A stretch of DNA of 64,000 nt, from positions 191,183-255,182 of the forward strand of contig CACNSH010000002.1 of assembly GCA_902622985.1 (NCBI GenBank), read 5' to 3'. Below, piece by piece: positions 9,626-20,131 of this stretch. The stretch comes from an uncultured Pelagibacteraceae bacterium. GTDB lineage: Bacteria > Pseudomonadota > Alphaproteobacteria > Pelagibacterales > AG-422-B15. Under the pieces are notes generated by a model, which made no database searches, was not told the origin of the DNA, and saw only the letters and a program-made list of their open reading frames with translations. The position numbers and the translations under genes were made by a program. Numbering within the stretch: position 1 is the first letter of the stretch; each line of letters opens with the position of its first letter.

Positions 9626-10816
9626 ATGACGCTTTTCAATTTGAATAAAGAAGAAATTCTTGCCCCTCAAGATTGGGGTTTCCCTGTACCGATAGCATAT
9701 GGTCCAGGTAGATTTTCCGAAATTGGAAATTATTGTTCTGAGAATGAGATAACCAATCCACTTATTGTCACTGATAGTGGCAGTGTTGATCTTCCCTTCA
9801 TTGATAACTTGGTCGAAATTTTAAAAAAATCGAAAATTAATTCAGGTATTTACTCAAAAATTTCACCCAACCCAAGAGATGATGAAATTGCATCAGGAAA
9901 AAAACTTTTCAATGATGACAATCACGATGCAATAATTGCTATTGGCGGCGGAAGTGCCATGGATGGTGGTAAGTCAATTTGTCTAACCGCTAATAATGAA
10001 ATTGAGTTATTTGACTTTGAGTGGGAAAAGACACCTCAAGTCATTGGACCAGATAATAAATTTCCTAAACTTATTACAATTCCTACAACAGCTGGAACAG
10101 GCGCTGAAACAGAAAGTACAGCAATGGTAACAGATACCAAACAAGGAATTAAACTTTGTATAATGCATCCTGAATTGAAGCCTTCATTGGCATTGCTCGA
10201 TCCTGAACTAACATTAGGATTACCCTCAAATCTTACAGCATGGACAGGTGCAGATGCAATGATCCACTCAATTGAGGGTTATTGTGTTCCAGGTTTTCAC
10301 CCCTTATGTGATGGTGCCGCTCTCGAAAGTCTAAACTTAATTTCTAAATCACTCATTACAGCTGTAGAAGAACCAAATAATCTTGAAGCAAGAGGGGCTA
10401 TGCTTGTTGCTTCGTGTTTGGGGGGAGTTTCTTTTATAAAAGGGCTGGGTCTTGTTCACGCTATTGCGCATATGGTTGGGGCAGAATTTAATACGCATCA
10501 CGGACTAACTAATGCTATTATTTTGCCAGCAGTTCTAAGATACAACCTACCAGATATGGAAGAGAAAGTGATGAGAATGGCTCAGGCAATGCAATATAAA
10601 GATCATACTGCAAATCATTTCATCGAAAGCATGGAAAAAATACTAGATCGAATTAAGATACCCAAGGGTTTAAATGAAATTGGTGTTCCAGAAGATTGTA
10701 TTGAGAGAATATCTGAAAAGTCAATGATTGATACAGCCTTTGGCACTAACCCTCGTTCAGCCACATTGGATGATGTTAGAGAGCTCGTCAAGGTCAGTAT
10801 TTTTGGAGCTCGATAA
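9626..10816 (+). CDS. Iron-containing alcohol dehydrogenase
   Basis: GGGSAMD, PTTAGTGAE, DAMIH, HAIAH, HHG metal ligands. Confidence 0.92.
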   Translation: MTLFNLNKEEILAPQDWGFPVPIAYGPGRFSEIGNYCSENEITNPLIVTDSGSVDLPFIDNLVEILKKSKINSGIYSKISPNPRDDEIASGKKLFNDDNHDAIIAIGGGSAMDGGKSICLTANNEIELFDFEWEKTPQVIGPDNKFPKLITIPTTAGTGAETESTAMVTDTKQGIKLCIMHPELKPSLALLDPELTLGLPSNLTAWTGADAMIHSIEGYCVPGFHPLCDGAALESLNLISKSLITAVEEPNNLEARGAMLVASCLGGVSFIKGLGLVHAIAHMVGAEFNTHHGLTNAIILPAVLRYNLPDMEEKVMRMAQAMQYKDHTANHFIESMEKILDRIKIPKGLNEIGVPEDCIERISEKSMIDTAFGTNPRSATLDDVRELVKVSIFGAR

Positions 10817-10828
10817 AAAACCTCGTAG

Positions 10829-12253
10829 ATGATTACTCATTTATCTGTTCGGGATCAAATTGATTTAATTTCTAAAAAAGAAATAAAAGTTGAAGAACTT
10901 TTTCAAGAATACTTATCCAATATTGAAAAGCTTAATCCTAAGCTTAACGCCATTGTGTCACTTAGAGACAAAGATTGGATTATTGATAAAGCAAAGGAAC
11001 AGGATGAACAAAAAGTTGATTTTACAAGAAAACAAATTTTATTTGGACTTCCATTTGTTTCAAAAGAATTATTCGACGTAACTGGACTGCCAACTACTTA
11101 TGGAATACTTGAATATCGAAATAATTTTCCACAAAATGACTCGTTAATTGTAAAAAAAATAAAGCATCAAGGAGCCACAATTATTGGAAAATCAAATATG
11201 GCAGAACTAGCAATTGGATCTCATACAAAGAATAAATTATTTGATCCAGTTTCAAATCCTTATAACTATAATCTATCAGCTGGCGGCTCAAGCGGAGGAG
11301 CGTCAGCAGCTGTAGCCAGCTGCCTCATACCATTTTCTGATGGTACGGACATGATGGGCTCTTGCAGAAACCCTGCAGCTTTCACAAATCTATATGGTTT
11401 TAGACCATCTCCTGGACTGATATCTGATAAAAGAGAAACCAGTAAATTTCCTGTATTGACGACTCCAGGTGGAATTGCCAGAACACCTGATGACTTAAGT
11501 ATTTTTTTAGATGCCGTCGTTGGAAAAGATATAGAAGATCCCTACTCGTTTAACTTTGAGGGTTCATTTCAGTCAATAACTAAAAATTTATCTAGTGAAA
11601 TAAAGATTGGTTGGATTAGTAACTTTGTTGAACACTATTCTTTTGAAGAAGGAATTATAGAATTATGCGAAGCTTCTTTAAACAAACTCGTGGAAACAGA
11701 CAAAAAGATATTTGTAGAACAATGCAAAGTTAATATTGATCCAGATAAACTATGGGATACATGGTGCACTCTCAGGTCAAAAATCACATTTAATGATATT
11801 TCTGCAATGCAAATTAAGGATTTTAATGAACTAAGCTTTCCAGCTAAATGGGAATACGAAGAAGGAAGTAAAGTTTCAGACGATCAAGTTTCTAATTCCA
11901 TTGATTGGTATAATAATTATAAAAAGTATGTCGATAGTATATTTGAAAAATATGATTTTATTGCTTTACCATCAGCACAATTATTTCCATTTAACAAAGA
12001 AATAGATTTTCCAAAAAGTATTTCAAAAACCCAGATGGACACATACCATCGCTGGATGGAAGTTACGGTATTTGCAAGCATGTTTCAATTGCCTACCATC
12101 TCATTACCAGTTGGCTTTAATGCTGAGGGACTGCCAATGGGTATGCAATTAATTGGAAAAAATAAATCAGATGAAAAAGTGATACAAATTGGAAAATATT
12201 ATGAAGAAATCTTTAATCATTCAAAAATAAAACCTAATATAATTAATGGTTAA
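10829..12253 (+). CDS. Amidase signature family enzyme
   Basis: GGSSGG and GTDMMGSCRNPA signature; GLPMGMQL. Confidence 0.92.
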   Translation: MITHLSVRDQIDLISKKEIKVEELFQEYLSNIEKLNPKLNAIVSLRDKDWIIDKAKEQDEQKVDFTRKQILFGLPFVSKELFDVTGLPTTYGILEYRNNFPQNDSLIVKKIKHQGATIIGKSNMAELAIGSHTKNKLFDPVSNPYNYNLSAGGSSGGASAAVASCLIPFSDGTDMMGSCRNPAAFTNLYGFRPSPGLISDKRETSKFPVLTTPGGIARTPDDLSIFLDAVVGKDIEDPYSFNFEGSFQSITKNLSSEIKIGWISNFVEHYSFEEGIIELCEASLNKLVETDKKIFVEQCKVNIDPDKLWDTWCTLRSKITFNDISAMQIKDFNELSFPAKWEYEEGSKVSDDQVSNSIDWYNNYKKYVDSIFEKYDFIALPSAQLFPFNKEIDFPKSISKTQMDTYHRWMEVTVFASMFQLPTISLPVGFNAEGLPMGMQLIGKNKSDEKVIQIGKYYEEIFNHSKIKPNIING

Positions 12254-13406
12254 TAAGTTAGTCGATACCCCAAACCCAACTCTTGTAACATTACGCGACA
12301 ATAAAGCTAAATGGAACCTTCCTGAATATAGAAGAACTGGCTATAGGAATCTTCATAAAATAAACAGATATGGTCTTTTGTTAAGATCAGATTACGTTCT
12401 TTTGCTTAATGAGAACAGTAAAGATGAAATAGATAAAATAAACTCAGTAAGGGAAATGACGAGCCATAAATCTTTTTGTTCTTTAATAGTTGGAAAAGGG
12501 CAAGAAATATTTTTTGAGAAATATGCAAAAGATTTCTCTTCTGAAACACCGCATACAATAATGTCAATTTCAAAGATGTTTTTAAATCTATTTGTCGGTG
12601 AATTAGTTGAGAAAGGTGAATTGCAATTGGAAAAACCTATTGGCTATTATTTGCCCAATATTGGAGAAGGATATTCAAAAGCGACGGTTCAAAATGTTTT
12701 AAATATGAACATTATTAATGCTTTTACCGAGGATTATACTGATCCGTATTCAACATCATTTATGCATGAAACTGTTGGTGGCTGGCGAATACCAGATAAA
12801 GATAAAGATGAAAAATTTCAAGAAGATTTCTTGAACAGTATTCAAACAGATGGAACTAATTCTGTAATAAACAATTCTGATAAAGCATTTTATAAGTCAG
12901 CAAACAGCGATGTGATTGCTCTACTAATTGAAAAATTAAGTGGAAGAGAGCTGCGAGAGTGGCTTCTCTCGTCAGTAGAAGCAATGGGTCTTGAAGATGG
13001 TTTGTATATGGCAACAGATAGAGGTGGGATGCCATGGCTGTCCGGTGGTGGTTGTCTTGTTGCAAGAGATTTGCTACGCATGGGACTGCATTTCTCAAGA
13101 AAAGGTCTTGGGATCAGAAATAGATTAGCTGGCTCTCGTAAATTTATTGATGATACAGTTTCTGAAAAAGGTCCAAAATATATGCACTTAAAAGATGAAA
13201 AATATGTTTATTATGTAAATCAAACTATGAAATCTAATAATTGGATTGGGCATTCTGGATACGGTGGGCAATTTTTAATGATTAACTTAGAAACAAATGT
13301 TGTTGCAAGTTTTTTTTCTGTTTTAGAAACCGACTCAGCAACTGATGAAGGCTATAAAGCCAAAATGATTCTGATGCTTGAGGAAGTAACATCAAAGCAA
13401 TATTAA
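12246..13406 (+). CDS. Serine hydrolase, beta-lactamase class C / 6-aminohexanoate-dimer hydrolase-like
   Basis: SxxK (SISK), FYKSAN, HSGYGGQ. Confidence 0.85.
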   Translation: MVNKLVDTPNPTLVTLRDNKAKWNLPEYRRTGYRNLHKINRYGLLLRSDYVLLLNENSKDEIDKINSVREMTSHKSFCSLIVGKGQEIFFEKYAKDFSSETPHTIMSISKMFLNLFVGELVEKGELQLEKPIGYYLPNIGEGYSKATVQNVLNMNIINAFTEDYTDPYSTSFMHETVGGWRIPDKDKDEKFQEDFLNSIQTDGTNSVINNSDKAFYKSANSDVIALLIEKLSGRELREWLLSSVEAMGLEDGLYMATDRGGMPWLSGGGCLVARDLLRMGLHFSRKGLGIRNRLAGSRKFIDDTVSEKGPKYMHLKDEKYVYYVNQTMKSNNWIGHSGYGGQFLMINLETNVVASFFSVLETDSATDEGYKAKMILMLEEVTSKQY

Positions 13407-13421
13407 TAGAAAGGATAGATA

Positions 13422-13805
13422 ATGAGAGGATACGTAATGGTTGGGTCAAGTAATTTAAAAGAATCTAAAGCATTCTACGATGTTGTCCTCGCAGTAATGG
13501 GAATAGTTTCAATTTATGAGGATGAGGTGTGTGTTGGTTATGCTCGAGAGGGGAAACAAGATGTTGAGTTCTATATAACCAAACCGGCAAATGGAAAGCC
13601 TGTTACATTTGGAAATGGTACACAGATATCCTTTTTGACCGAGTCAAAAGAACAAGTTGATAAGTTTCACAAAACTGCTTTAGGACTTGGAGCACAAAAT
13701 GAAGGGGATCCAGGTTTTAGACCAAGCGACAGTAATGTTTATTATGCATACATCAGAGACCCAGATGGTAACAAAATTTGCTCATATACAAGTGTAAATG
13801 TCTAG
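13422..13805 (+). CDS. VOC/glyoxalase family protein
   Basis: AFYD, GNGT, GAQNEGDPG, YYAYIRDPDGNK. Confidence 0.88.
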   Translation: MRGYVMVGSSNLKESKAFYDVVLAVMGIVSIYEDEVCVGYAREGKQDVEFYITKPANGKPVTFGNGTQISFLTESKEQVDKFHKTALGLGAQNEGDPGFRPSDSNVYYAYIRDPDGNKICSYTSVNV

Positions 13806-14790
13806 GGCTACCAGGTTTAAATTATATCGAGCATTGCTTATAGTTGCTATTGTTTTAATAGTACCAGTCATCTTTATTGTAGGAATTACTCTGCCCTATT
13901 TATTTAATACAATAAAAATAACTTTTCCTAATATTGTCATTGATAAAGATGTTGAAAGCTATATTGCTGAAAAAGAACTGCTTTTTGAGAATACTGATCC
14001 CCGAGCAAAGAAAAAAATCATATGGCATGATGATGCGAAAATTAAAACTGAATATTCAATTGTTTATCTTCATGGAAGTTTTGCGACGGGGCGTCAACAA
14101 GAAGAAGTTTTGATAAAGATTGCCAAAAAATTAAAGGCTAATTTATTTATATCAAGACTAGCTGGCCATGGCTCTGGTTTTGAATCTACAAAATCTCTGG
14201 AGGCCAAAAATTTTCTCGAAGATACAGCCGAAGCCGTTGCAGTAGGCAATAAAATCGGAAATAAAGTTATATTAATGGGTTTTTCAGCTGGAGGTTCATT
14301 TGCATTAATGGCTGCAAAAGATCAGAATTTAAGTGAAAAAATTGATCATTTGGTGCTTGTGGCGCCATGGACTCCCAAGCTATCTCCTCCTTATTTCTTA
14401 GCGGCGACTGGGTTATTTTTTAAAAGCCAATACAAGTTTAATTTTCCTAGAATGTTTGACTTGCCAAATGAAGAATGGGATCCTTTTTGGGTCAATGAAT
14501 TTCACAGGGAACTTCCAAGACAGCTTTGGGTAGCGGCATTTTCTGGAAGGAAACTTGAATTTCAAGAGACTAAGATTCCACTATTAGTATTTTATGAAGA
14601 AAAAGATAAAGTAGTAAACGCTGAAGGAGTTAAAAAAATATTTGAACAATGGAAAGGACCTAAGAAAATAATTAATAACGATACTAATTTAGGAGGCTTT
14701 AATTATCATGATATTATTGGAATTCTAAACTCCCCACAAGATGATTTCTTTGTTGAGGAAATCAACAACTGGATAGAAGTTAACTCTTAA
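13798..14790 (+). CDS. Membrane-anchored alpha/beta hydrolase
   Basis: N-terminal TM; VYLHG, RLAGHG, nucleophile GFSAGG. Confidence 0.82.
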   Translation: MSRATRFKLYRALLIVAIVLIVPVIFIVGITLPYLFNTIKITFPNIVIDKDVESYIAEKELLFENTDPRAKKKIIWHDDAKIKTEYSIVYLHGSFATGRQQEEVLIKIAKKLKANLFISRLAGHGSGFESTKSLEAKNFLEDTAEAVAVGNKIGNKVILMGFSAGGSFALMAAKDQNLSEKIDHLVLVAPWTPKLSPPYFLAATGLFFKSQYKFNFPRMFDLPNEEWDPFWVNEFHRELPRQLWVAAFSGRKLEFQETKIPLLVFYEEKDKVVNAEGVKKIFEQWKGPKKIINNDTNLGGFNYHDIIGILNSPQDDFFVEEINNWIEVNS

Positions 14791-16291
14791 ATAAACTTTT
14801 ATTATTTTCTCTCAATTTATTTTTTTGAACTTTGCCCATAGAATTTCTAGGTAAATTTGACATAAATATTATTTTTTTTGGCTGTTTATATTTAGCAATT
14901 TTATCTTTTGTATAATCCAATATTTGACTACCATCATTTTTATCATCTGTTGTCACTACTGCCGCAACAACTGCTTCGCCAAAATCATCATGTTGAACAC
15001 CAAAAACTGCTGACTCTGTAATATTTGGTAACTCATTTATCACATCTTCTATTTCCTTAGGATAAACATTTAGTCCACCGCTTATAATCATATCTTTATC
15101 TCTACCAACAATAGTAAAGTAGCCATTTTCATCTTTCTTTGCGAGATCACCTGTTATGAAGAAACCATCATCTTTAAATGATTCTTTGGTCTTTTCTTCC
15201 ATTCCCCAGTACCCCTTGAAAATATTTTCGCCCTTAAGTTCAATAGTTCCTATTTGACCCACCTTTACTTCATTACCTTCTTCATTGACTATTCTTATTT
15301 CAATACCTGGTAGAGGTATGCCCACTGTGCCTGCTTTCCGTGATCCGTCATATGGATTTGAAATATTCATATTTGTTTCTGTCATGCCATATCTCTCAAG
15401 AATTTTTTTACCAGTTCTTTTTTCAAATTCAATGTGGGTTTCTGAAAGTAAAGGTGCTGAACCAGAAATAAATAGTCTCATGTGTTTTGCTGACTCATTA
15501 TTTAATTTTTCATTTGCCAACAATCTTGTATAAAAAGTCGGCACGCCCATCATGGATGTAGCTCTTTTCATCCAAAGCAAGGCTTTTTCAGCATCAAATT
15601 TTTCCAAGAAAATCATTGATCCTCCGACAATTGCAAGAAGATTACATGCAACAAAAAGACCGTGCGTATGGTAAATAGGTAGCATATGTAAAAGAACATC
15701 ATTTTCTGTAAATTTCCAAAATTTTCTTAAAACTTCAGAATTTGAAACCAAATTTCTATGCGATAGCATCGCTCCTTTTGATTTTCCAGTAGTACCGGAT
15801 GTATATAAAATGGCAGCTAAGTCATTTTCGTTTCTTTTAATAGATTGAAATTTTTTTGGATATTTTTTTATCTGCTCAATCAATGAACCAGTTTCATCTA
15901 AATTTAATGATAAAATTGAAACCGAAGAATAGCTCACTAAGTTTTTTACTTCATTTTGAATTTTGTCATCGACAATTATCACCTTAGGTTTGGCGTCATT
16001 GAAGAAATATTCTAATTCACTTAGGGTATAGCCAGTATTGAGTGGCAGATAAACACCTCCAGCTTTAACGGTTGCTACGTATGTAGCAAGTTGAATTACA
16101 TTCTTTTCTGCCTGTATGGCCACGCGGTCACCTGGTAATAAATTTATATCTATTAAGTAATTAGAAATTTGATTTACAATTTCATTGAATTCTAAGTAAC
16201 TTATCTCTTTAGTTTCATTGATCAAAAAAATATTTGGACTCGTTTCGTTAGATTTGAATATTTCATCAAATAGATAGTTTGACTCAGTCAT
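14780..16291 (-). CDS. matB: Malonyl-CoA synthetase (MatB family)
   Basis: YLPLNTGYT, YTSGTTGKSKGAMLSH, LPIYHTHGLFVA, MGVPTFYTRLL, ERYGMTET. Confidence 0.85.
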   Translation of the reverse strand: MTESNYLFDEIFKSNETSPNIFLINETKEISYLEFNEIVNQISNYLIDINLLPGDRVAIQAEKNVIQLATYVATVKAGGVYLPLNTGYTLSELEYFFNDAKPKVIIVDDKIQNEVKNLVSYSSVSILSLNLDETGSLIEQIKKYPKKFQSIKRNENDLAAILYTSGTTGKSKGAMLSHRNLVSNSEVLRKFWKFTENDVLLHMLPIYHTHGLFVACNLLAIVGGSMIFLEKFDAEKALLWMKRATSMMGVPTFYTRLLANEKLNNESAKHMRLFISGSAPLLSETHIEFEKRTGKKILERYGMTETNMNISNPYDGSRKAGTVGIPLPGIEIRIVNEEGNEVKVGQIGTIELKGENIFKGYWGMEEKTKESFKDDGFFITGDLAKKDENGYFTIVGRDKDMIISGGLNVYPKEIEDVINELPNITESAVFGVQHDDFGEAVVAAVVTTDDKNDGSQILDYTKDKIAKYKQPKKIIFMSNLPRNSMGKVQKNKLRENNKSLFKS

Positions 16292-17429
16292 TACTCTTTT
16301 CATCCAATGAATAAATACTCAACCGAGATAAAATATCTTCATGAATAACTATACCAAGTCCAGCTGATTTGTTTATATGTGCTTTATTATCTACAATATC
16401 AAAAGGTAACTCACAAAATTTCTTTGAAAAGTTTATATAATCTGGAAATATTTCAGCCTTTTCTGAATTAGAAATACTTGAGCAAACATGAAGCATCGCA
16501 GATGCTGAAACGGACATTGAATTCCAGCAATGTGGAGAAATAGAGATGCCATTATTTGATGCTTCATTTGATATCGTGATAATATCAATGAGTCCGCCCA
16601 TACCTGAAATATCAGGATTAAATATATCTACTGCATTTCTGTGTATTAATTCTCTGAAATGGACCAAGCCTGATTGCTTTTCACCTGTTACAACTTTCAT
16701 ATTAAAAGCATTTTTGATCTCAGTAAGTAAGCTTATATTCTCACCATCAACAGGCTCTTCTATCCAGTAAGGATTAAATGACGATACTTCTTTTAAAAAA
16801 GATTTTGTCTTATCTAAATCTTTAGGTATAGCTAAATCAAGCATTAGCGGTAATTCATCTCCTACTATTTCTCTAACTTTTTCAACAAACTGAATTGAAA
16901 TTGATACGTTATCTAGCATTGGATATATCTTGATCCCCCCATATTTCTTTCCATAAAATTTTTCTATTTGTCTCAAATAGTCATTTGTGTCTTTTTTTAA
17001 ATCGCTCCAACACGTAGCATAAATGGGAACATTTGGTTTGGGACTTTTTGTTAGTAAAGAATTTAAAGGAAGATTTTTTAACTTCCCTGATATGTCCCAT
17101 AATGCAATTTCAATGGCACTTGTAGCAGAGCTGAAATCTAAACCTCTGTGACCATCACTTAACAATGAAATTTTATTATAAAAAGACTTTATTGATAGAT
17201 TTGGAATATTCGAAATTTCTCTAAATAGCTCTTTTATAATAATCGCAATACCCTTTTCTCTAAGATTAATAGAGAATGCTTCTCCCCAACCTTCAATTCC
17301 ATCTTCAGTAGTTATTTTTATTATGATAAATTTTTTTGTATTTGACCATTGATCATCAGACAGATGATTATCAGTTATCCAGATCTTCAACCTTGAGAGT
17401 TTACCAATGCTTATATCTTGATTATTCAT
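16284..17429 (-). CDS. Mandelate racemase/muconate lactonizing enzyme (enolase superfamily)
   Basis: EGWGE, AIEIALWDI, metal ligands D/E/E (LMLD, WIEEP, TGEK), SPHCW. Confidence 0.9.
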   Translation of the reverse strand: MNNQDISIGKLSRLKIWITDNHLSDDQWSNTKKFIIIKITTEDGIEGWGEAFSINLREKGIAIIIKELFREISNIPNLSIKSFYNKISLLSDGHRGLDFSSATSAIEIALWDISGKLKNLPLNSLLTKSPKPNVPIYATCWSDLKKDTNDYLRQIEKFYGKKYGGIKIYPMLDNVSISIQFVEKVREIVGDELPLMLDLAIPKDLDKTKSFLKEVSSFNPYWIEEPVDGENISLLTEIKNAFNMKVVTGEKQSGLVHFRELIHRNAVDIFNPDISGMGGLIDIITISNEASNNGISISPHCWNSMSVSASAMLHVCSSISNSEKAEIFPDYINFSKKFCELPFDIVDNKAHINKSAGLGIVIHEDILSRLSIYSLDEKSND

Positions 17430-17504
17430 TATCAGTATCAATATTAGATGGAATATAATTTAATTTGATCTTTAACATATATAAAAAAAACCTTATGTTA
17501 AGGT

Positions 17505-17999
17505 ATGATTTCAAAGTTAATACTAGGCGCAGGTTGTTTTTGGGGAGTAGAAGTTCTTTTTGAAGAAATGTCTGGCGTTAAAAAAGTAATTTCAGGGTAT
17601 GCCGGCGGGCATACAGAAAACCCTACATACGAAGAGGTCTGTACAGGTAAGTCAGGACACATTGAAGTTGTTGAGATTGAGTATGATAATAGTGAAGTAA
17701 AGTTTGAGGAATTGTTAGACAAGTTTTTCTTTATTCATGATCCAACTCAGATGAATCGTCAAGGTCCAGACATTGGTGAACAATACAAATCAGTTATTTT
17801 TTGTAATTCTGATGAAGAAAGAAGAATATCGGAAAGCAAAATTGATGAGATTAATAACTCAGGCGAACATCAAAACGAAGTAGTTACAGAATTAAGAGAG
17901 AATGCTAAATTTTGGCCTGCTGAAGAATACCACCAAGACTTCATAGAAAAAAATGGTAAAGTTTGCTATCACCAACTTTACGTACAACACAAATCCTAA
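17505..17999 (+). CDS. msrA: Peptide methionine sulfoxide reductase A
   Basis: GCFWG, GYAGG, HDPT, RQGPDIGEQY, AEEYHQ. Confidence 0.95.
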   Translation: MISKLILGAGCFWGVEVLFEEMSGVKKVISGYAGGHTENPTYEEVCTGKSGHIEVVEIEYDNSEVKFEELLDKFFFIHDPTQMNRQGPDIGEQYKSVIFCNSDEERRISESKIDEINNSGEHQNEVVTELRENAKFWPAEEYHQDFIEKNGKVCYHQLYVQHKS

Positions 18000-18009
18000 A
18001 TTGCATTAT

Positions 18010-18050
18010 TATTAATGCTCAGCACGCTGATTTGTGCTGAGCAATTAATA
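18010..18050. terminator. Hairpin between convergent msrA and gcvT-like genes
   Basis: GCTCAGCAC/GTGCTGAGC stem with AT-rich extensions. Confidence 0.65.
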
Positions 18051-18054
18051 TAAA

Positions 18055-19398
18055 CTAACCCTTTACAACTTCTCTTGTATTCGCGTTGAAAGACTCAGTA
18101 AACGGTACATCAACTGTTACAGCGTCTACTGGTACTCCTGGCTCATCAGCATAAATATCAGGTAAATGAACTTTAAATTTTTTACCCAGTTCCCATTTTG
18201 GAAAGCCATTTGCATTAAGAGTTCCATCAAAAGGTATATAACCCATAGCTATATTTTTTCCTTTTTCAGGATGATACCAAGGTGAAGTAATAAAGCCACA
18301 TGGGTCTCCACCTTCACCAGGAGACACAAGCCAAAAATCAGGCGCATACTCATCAATTGGTTTGCCACCAATTTCAAATCCCACCAATTGTAACTTGTAC
18401 GGCTTATGACCATCTTTCAAGTCAGTCTTCATCTTTTCAAGCGCTTGCTTACCGATATAATCACCTTTTTTCTCCCACTCACCTTTTCCAGATAAAGAAA
18501 CTTGATAGCCAAGATTACATTGGAAAGGATTGTGTTCATGATCTAAGTCCTGTCCCCAAGATAATATGCCTGCTTGTATTCTTCTGTGGTGAGCAGGCGC
18601 TATAACCATTAGATTATGTTTCTTTCCTGCTTCCAAAACAGCGTCCCACATATCGTCGGCATAGAGCGTCGCATTTCGTAAATAAATTTCATAACCGGAC
18701 TCGCCAGAGAAACCAGTTTGAGAAATCACACAACTTCTTCCACCAACTTTAACTTCTGCTAGACCATAGAAAGGAATATTATCAAGATCAACTTGATCAC
18801 CCACTAGGTCTTTCATCAAGGCAATGGCTTTTGGTCCTTGAATCTGAACAGGGCACGCATCAATTTCATCAATTTCCACATCAAATCTTTTATCAGCGTT
18901 TACGCCTTGTAAATAAAGTCCAATATCAGAGTCTGACAAACTAAACCAAAACTCATCTTTCGAGATTCTTAAGAGAATAGGATCGTTTAAGACTCCACCC
19001 TTATAGTTACATAATATTACGTACCTAGCTCTTAATGGGGATATCTTTGTAGCATCCCTTGTGATTACATAGTCTGTAAATTTTTCAGCATCTGGACCAA
19101 TTACACGTATTTGTCTCTCAACTGCAACATTCCACATAGTCACGTGGTTTTTAATTGCTTCATATTCAACCATTGCTCCACCATCTTCTGGCTTTACATA
19201 ACCCCTGGGATGATAAATACGGTTATAAACTGTTGCTCTCCAGCAACCTGCTTCCATTGACTTATGCCAGTATGGTGACTTTCTCACACGAGTTGAAATC
19301 AACATTTCAACTTTCGTTGGTCCACTTTGGCGTAAATTGTAAGGAACATGTCTGTCGCTTTGATCAACAGTAGTATTATGTTCTATTTTTTTAGACAT
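18055..19398 (-). CDS. GcvT-family folate-dependent aminomethyltransferase (SAR11-type, coupled to metF)
   Basis: TRVRKSPY, WNVAVERQI, LNDP, QTGFSGESGYEIY, RRIQAG. Confidence 0.9.
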   Translation of the reverse strand: MSKKIEHNTTVDQSDRHVPYNLRQSGPTKVEMLISTRVRKSPYWHKSMEAGCWRATVYNRIYHPRGYVKPEDGGAMVEYEAIKNHVTMWNVAVERQIRVIGPDAEKFTDYVITRDATKISPLRARYVILCNYKGGVLNDPILLRISKDEFWFSLSDSDIGLYLQGVNADKRFDVEIDEIDACPVQIQGPKAIALMKDLVGDQVDLDNIPFYGLAEVKVGGRSCVISQTGFSGESGYEIYLRNATLYADDMWDAVLEAGKKHNLMVIAPAHHRRIQAGILSWGQDLDHEHNPFQCNLGYQVSLSGKGEWEKKGDYIGKQALEKMKTDLKDGHKPYKLQLVGFEIGGKPIDEYAPDFWLVSPGEGGDPCGFITSPWYHPEKGKNIAMGYIPFDGTLNANGFPKWELGKKFKVHLPDIYADEPGVPVDAVTVDVPFTESFNANTREVVKG

Positions 19399-20131
19399 AG
19401 TAGTTCTCCTTTTCTAACCATTCGTTTGCTTTTTTTATTCCACCAAACGCATAAATGTGAAAATGTTCAACGTTCTCTTTTAATTCTTGAATTACATCAT
19501 CAGGTGTCTGAACAGTCAATAAATCAAAAATTTTAGATGCATTTTTTTTTGCGAAATTAAGCGTATTCTTTAATCCAACAAATCCAGCGAATTTTACTAG
19601 TGTCTTCATAGAAGCCGGGCCCGCAACGCCTACATGAACAGGAAGTGGTGCTCCAGAAATAAAAGACGATAATGCGTCTGTATCTTGTGTCCACTGTGTT
19701 ACAATATAGTCAGCAAATGGGGTCTTTGATTTCATTGCTTCTTCAATAGCTGCATCGCTCATATTTGGAGATCCCTCAGGATGACCAGCAATACCTATTT
19801 TCATTCCATCAAACAATCCAGTTTCTATAAGTTGTAGTGAACAATGATATTTTCCTAAAATATCTCGATCCCCACCAATTATTAAAACTTGTTTAACTCC
19901 AGCCTCTTTAACTTGCTCTATATATGATTTTAACATATCTGAATCAGTAATTGAGCGAGCTGGAAAGTGAGGAATGGGATTATAACCTGCACTAGCTAAC
20001 GCTTTGGTTTGTTCAATAACGTCGAGATAACTTGTGCCAGGCAAAAATGTAATATAAATGTCATTGAGTTTAGGCAAATCAGATAGATTTGTTCTTGTCG
20101 TAACTTCCAATGAAAAATTTACATTTCCCAT
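19391..20131 (-). CDS. metF: Methylenetetrahydrofolate reductase (short MetF type)
   Basis: SLEVT, PIPHFPAR, IGGD, AGHPEG, IVTQW, GVAGPA, HIYAFGG. Confidence 0.85.
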   Translation of the reverse strand: MGNVNFSLEVTTRTNLSDLPKLNDIYITFLPGTSYLDVIEQTKALASAGYNPIPHFPARSITDSDMLKSYIEQVKEAGVKQVLIIGGDRDILGKYHCSLQLIETGLFDGMKIGIAGHPEGSPNMSDAAIEEAMKSKTPFADYIVTQWTQDTDALSSFISGAPLPVHVGVAGPASMKTLVKFAGFVGLKNTLNFAKKNASKIFDLLTVQTPDDVIQELKENVEHFHIYAFGGIKKANEWLEKENYYV

